Of a DNA stretch of 64,000 nt, positions 60,100 to 64,000 are shown piece after piece. Origin of the DNA: Mucisphaera sp. (lineage in GTDB: Bacteria; Planctomycetota; Phycisphaerae; Phycisphaerales; Phycisphaeraceae); contig NZ_CBDIIJ010000002.1 in the NCBI RefSeq assembly GCF_965279675.1, positions 2,229,296 to 2,293,295 on the forward strand. The letters are read 5' to 3'. The notes under the pieces were generated by a model, which was not told where the DNA came from, made no database searches, and saw only the letters and a list, made by a program, of their open reading frames with translations. Position numbers and translations under genes: made by a program. Within the stretch, counting starts at the first letter, position 1. Every line of letters starts with the position of its first letter.

Positions 60100-63009
60100 C
60101 TACTTCGCCTCAAACCAATCCCTCCCCATCCCAACCTCCACCTCCAACGGCACCCGCATCGCAATCGCTCCCTCCATCTCCTCACGCATCACCCCCGCCG
60201 CCCGATCCACCAAACCCTCATCCACCTCCACCACCAATTCATCATGAATCTGCAGCAGCATCCGCGCCCCAAACGCCTCCGCCGCCAACCGCCGATGCAG
60301 CCGCACCATCGCCAGCTTGATCAGATCCGCCGCCGACCCCTGCACCACACTGTTGATCGCAAGCCGCTCACCCAGCGCCCGCACATTCGGCTGCCTCGCC
60401 TCAATCTGCGGGATCGCCCGCCGCCGCCCCAGAATCGTCGACACATACCCCTGCGCCTTCGCCTGATCCACACACGCAGCCAGAAACCGATCGATCCCCG
60501 CAAACCGCTCCTTGTACGCATCAATCAGCGCCTGCGCCGACGTCCGATCCAGATCCCCGATCCGCCGCGCCAACCCGAACGCCGTGATCCCGTAAATGAT
60601 CCCGAAGTTGATCGTTTTGGCATGACCTCTCTGCTCAGCCGTGACACCTTCCGGCGAAACGCCGAACACCTCCGCCGCCACCGCCCGGTGAATATCCTCA
60701 CCCCCCTTGAACGCCTCGATCAGCGCCGGGTCCTCCGACAGATGCGCCAGCACCCGCAGCTCGATCTGCGAGTAGTCCGCCACCACCAGCACCTTCCCGG
60801 GCTCCGCCACGAACGCCCGCCGAACCTCACGACCCACCGCCGTCCGAATCGGGATGTTCTGCAGATTCGGATCACTCGACGACAACCGACCCGTCGCCGC
60901 CCCCGTTTGATTGAACGTCGCATGCACCCGCCCCGTCTCCGCATCGATCGCTTCCTTTAGCGAAACCAGATACGTCCCCACAAGCTTCGTCAGCATCCGA
61001 TACTCACTCAGCAGCGCCGGCACCTCCGCCGCCGGACCCGTCAGATCCTCCCGCTCCGCCAACCGCTCCAACACCTCCGCATCCGTCGACGGCCCCGTCT
61101 TCGTCCGCTTCACCACCGGCAGCTTCAACTGTGTGAACAACACCTCCCCCAACTGCTTAGGCGAGTCCAGATTAAACGGCACCGTCGCCCCCGCCTGCTC
61201 CGCCTTCTCCAAAGTCAGATCCCGCAGCTCGACAATCCGCTTCTCCAACATCTCCCGCTGACGATCCAGCTCCCCCGCATCCACCCGAATCCCCGCCTCC
61301 TCCATGTCCGCCAGCACCTCGACCAAAGGCGTCTCCACATCCGCCATCAGCCCAGCCATCGACCGCTCATCCACCTCACCTTTCAGCTTCTCGTAAAGCC
61401 GCAAGGTGATATCCGCATCCTCCGCCGAATAGACGGCCACCCGATCCAAAGGCACCTGATCCATCGTCTTCTGCGCCGCATCCGACTTCCGCCGCGGCTT
61501 CGGCCCAATCAACTCCTCAATCGGAATCATCCGATGTCCCAGCATCGATAGCGCCAGATCATCCAGCTTCAACCCCGGCGCCCCCGTCAACGCCGCCGCA
61601 ATCATCGTGTCGAAGCAAACCCCTCCCACCTCAAAACCCGCCCGCCGCAGCACATGCAGATCAAACTTGAAGTGATGCCCCACCTTTCGAATCGAAGCAT
61701 CCGCCATCACCCCCCGCAAACCCTCCAGCACCTCTTCCTTCGAAAGAACCGGATCGCCCTCAGGCGGCGGAGGGGCCATCGTCGGAACATACACACCGCT
61801 CCCCGCCTCCCAACTCAGACACACCCCGCACATCTCCGCCTTCCACCCCAGCCCCGTTGTCTCCGTATCCACCGCCAGCACCCGATCCGTCCCCGCCAGC
61901 TTCTCAATCTCCTTCACCACCTCCGCCAGCCGCTCTGCCGTCGTCACCGCCTCATACTGATCCGACGACGCCGTCGAATAAGCATCCACCTCCACCGTCT
62001 CCGCCAATTCCCCACCAAACAGCGCCCCCTGATTCGGATCCGCCGCCGCCTTCCGCTTCGACGCCCCACCCGCCTTCGCCGCCGGTTCCTCTTCCACCGT
62101 CCCACCCTCACCCCGCTCGCGCATCAGCCGCTTCAGATCCTCCGCATGCCGATTGAACCCCAGCTCCCGAAACCGCGTCGCCAACGTCTCCTCATCAATC
62201 GACCCCAGCTTCATCCGCTCCAGTCCGAAATCCAGATCCACATCATCCTTCAACGTCACCAACCGACGAGCCACGTCAAAAAACGGAATCGCCGCCTCGA
62301 TCTTCTCCCGCCGCTTCCCCTTCACCTCGTCTAACCGCTCCACCAGCGCCGCCACGCTCCCAAACTCCTCCAGCAGCTTCGCCGCCGTCTTGTTCCCGAT
62401 CCCCGCCACCCCCGGCACGTTGTCCACCGTATCCCCCGTCAACACCTGCAGATCAATCGCCTGCTCAGGCGTGATCCCCTTCTTCTCCTTCAGATAGTCC
62501 AGATCAATCGTTGTGTCCGTATGAATGTCATACATCGACACCCGATCGCTCAGCAGTTGCTCCAGATCCTTATCCTTCGACACCAGCATCACCCGCGCAC
62601 CCGCATACGCCGGATCCGCCACAATCCGCCGCGCAAGCGTCGCCATGATGTCGTCCGCCTCCGCCCCCACCTGACCCAGCACCGGAATCCCAAACAGCTC
62701 CGTCAATTCCAGTATGCGCGGGATCTGCGCCGGCAATTCCTCAGGCGGCTCGCTCCGCGTCCCCTTGTAATCCGGATAAAGCTCATGCCGAAACGTATCC
62801 CCCTTGCTGTCTACCGCCATCACCACATGCGTCGGCGAACACTGCAGAAACAGCTTCAACAACATCCCCACAAAACCAAACGTCGCGTTCGTCGGCTCAC
62901 CCGTCACAGGCGACGTCATCGCCCCCCGTATCGCGAAAAACGACCGAAAAATCTGCGCATGACCATCAATCAGATACACCGTCTCAACCGACTCACGTGC
63001 TTCACTCAT
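60100..63009 (-). CDS. polA: DNA polymerase I
   Basis: 969 aa with a 5'-3' exonuclease N-terminus (LIDGHAQIFRSFFA, GIPGVAGIGNKTAAKLL), a 3'-5' exonuclease domain (DTETTGL), and polymerase motifs A/B/C (DYSQIELRVLAH, RGHAKTINFGIIYG, QIHDELVVE). Confidence 0.96.
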   Translation of the reverse strand: MSEARESVETVYLIDGHAQIFRSFFAIRGAMTSPVTGEPTNATFGFVGMLLKLFLQCSPTHVVMAVDSKGDTFRHELYPDYKGTRSEPPEELPAQIPRILELTELFGIPVLGQVGAEADDIMATLARRIVADPAYAGARVMLVSKDKDLEQLLSDRVSMYDIHTDTTIDLDYLKEKKGITPEQAIDLQVLTGDTVDNVPGVAGIGNKTAAKLLEEFGSVAALVERLDEVKGKRREKIEAAIPFFDVARRLVTLKDDVDLDFGLERMKLGSIDEETLATRFRELGFNRHAEDLKRLMRERGEGGTVEEEPAAKAGGASKRKAAADPNQGALFGGELAETVEVDAYSTASSDQYEAVTTAERLAEVVKEIEKLAGTDRVLAVDTETTGLGWKAEMCGVCLSWEAGSGVYVPTMAPPPPEGDPVLSKEEVLEGLRGVMADASIRKVGHHFKFDLHVLRRAGFEVGGVCFDTMIAAALTGAPGLKLDDLALSMLGHRMIPIEELIGPKPRRKSDAAQKTMDQVPLDRVAVYSAEDADITLRLYEKLKGEVDERSMAGLMADVETPLVEVLADMEEAGIRVDAGELDRQREMLEKRIVELRDLTLEKAEQAGATVPFNLDSPKQLGEVLFTQLKLPVVKRTKTGPSTDAEVLERLAEREDLTGPAAEVPALLSEYRMLTKLVGTYLVSLKEAIDAETGRVHATFNQTGAATGRLSSSDPNLQNIPIRTAVGREVRRAFVAEPGKVLVVADYSQIELRVLAHLSEDPALIEAFKGGEDIHRAVAAEVFGVSPEGVTAEQRGHAKTINFGIIYGITAFGLARRIGDLDRTSAQALIDAYKERFAGIDRFLAACVDQAKAQGYVSTILGRRRAIPQIEARQPNVRALGERLAINSVVQGSAADLIKLAMVRLHRRLAAEAFGARMLLQIHDELVVEVDEGLVDRAAGVMREEMEGAIAMRVPLEVEVGMGRDWFEAK

Positions 63010-63064
63010 CGCCCGAGTATAGATCCAACCCAGCCGTAGGAATGATCACAACAAGCCCCAACCC

Positions 63065-64000
63065 CTACCAATCCAACGTCCCCAACCAAATCCCCTTAAG
63101 CACCCCCATCTCCCGCTCTACCAACCCCTCCACCACGAACCGCTCCGACGCCCTCAGCCGCCCAACCACACAAGCCTCCACCCCCGCCGCCACAAACAAC
63201 GCCAGCACCTCCTCCACCCGCGCCTCCTCCACCTCCAGCACATACCGCGACGCCCCCTCCCCAAACAACGCCGCCGCCCAGGGCAACTCACCCAGTCCCG
63301 AGAGATCCAGCTCAACCCCCAACCCACCCCCCATCGCCATCTCAAACGCAGCCACCGCCAACCCGCCATCCGACACATCATGCGCCGACCGCACCAACCC
63401 CCGGCCAATCACCTCCGCCACCGCCTTCGCCGCCAACGGACCCGCATCCAGATCCACCTTCGGCACCGCGCCCTTCAAGCCCGCCAGCTCCGCCAGATGA
63501 CTCCCACCCAGCTCCGCCGACAATGGACCCGCCTGAATCAGCACGTTCCCCGCCGCCTTCCCATCACTGGTTAGACACCGGCTCGCATCATCCACCATCC
63601 CCATCGCCGTGATCAGCATCGTCGACGGAATCGTGATCACCCGCCCGTCATCCGTCGTCAGCTGGTTGTGAAGCGAGTCCTTCCCCGACACAAAAGGCGT
63701 CCGGTACGCCATCGCCCCGTGATAGCACGCCGCCGCCGCCCGCGCCAACGAAGCCATCGACGCCGGATCATCACACGACGGCCAGCAGAAATTATCCAGA
63801 ATCGCCACCCGACTCGGATCCGCCCCCACACAAACCACATTCCGCACCGCCTCATCAATCGCCGCCAGCACCGCGTAATACGCATCCCCATCCGTCGACG
63901 TTCCCCGCTCCAAAGACTTCTCCGACAGCTCAGGCGACAACCCGCACCCCAGCGCTACCGCCTTCCGACTCCCCGCCTTCGGCCGCACCACCGAAGCATC
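63065..64000 (-). CDS. purL: phosphoribosylformylglycinamidine synthase subunit PurL, C-terminal part (5' end beyond the window)
   Basis: The frame is open to the window edge. PurM-like C-terminal repeat blocks AIDEAVRNVVCVGADP, LDNFCW, PFVSGKDSLHN and SAHDVSDGGLAVA. Confidence 0.75.
   Translation of the reverse strand, partial: DASVVRPKAGSRKAVALGCGLSPELSEKSLERGTSTDGDAYYAVLAAIDEAVRNVVCVGADPSRVAILDNFCWPSCDDPASMASLARAAAACYHGAMAYRTPFVSGKDSLHNQLTTDDGRVITIPSTMLITAMGMVDDASRCLTSDGKAAGNVLIQAGPLSAELGGSHLAELAGLKGAVPKVDLDAGPLAAKAVAEVIGRGLVRSAHDVSDGGLAVAAFEMAMGGGLGVELDLSGLGELPWAAALFGEGASRYVLEVEEARVEEVLALFVAAGVEACVVGRLRASERFVVEGLVEREMGVLKGIWLGTLDW

Overview
This is a GC-rich, gene-dense chromosomal segment with about 45 CDS, one tRNA-Arg, one TPP riboswitch and a few intrinsic terminators. 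It is dominated by housekeeping genes: mnmG, zwf-pgl, glnA, a PMM/PGM, GTP-PEPCK, oligopeptidase A, addB-addA, phoB-phoR-phoU, recX, thiC, rpoB-rpoC, rlmN, polA and purL. Several markers suggest a Planctomycetota (Phycisphaerae-like) origin, but this is inference only. They are a DUF1559-type prepilin-like protein, a GspG-like pseudopilin, and two secreted proteins that end in dockerin-like repeats plus a PEP-CTERM-type anchor. I found no transposase, integrase, CRISPR array, toxin-antitoxin pair or recognisable defence genes, and no self-evident novel multi-gene system. The signals most worth follow-up are:
1. A very strong strand compositional asymmetry. The + strand is C-rich whatever the gene orientation, so synonymous codon choice depends on the strand a gene sits on.
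2. A sharply bounded patch of about 1.9 kb (40.56-42.4 kb) where this asymmetry is inverted inside one intact 986-aa PEP-CTERM surface-protein ORF. This implies a chimeric, recently rearranged or imported 5' half.
3. A 1011-aa membrane-anchored protein that reads like a fused LptC plus multiple LptA/OstA-like modules.
4. A family of palindromic REP-like elements with compensatory hairpin changes, bracketing an orphan gene.
5. A low-GC class-C beta-lactamase-like gene abutting tRNA-Arg.
6. A TPR-YggX fusion protein.
All homology calls come from motif recognition by eye; no searches were run.
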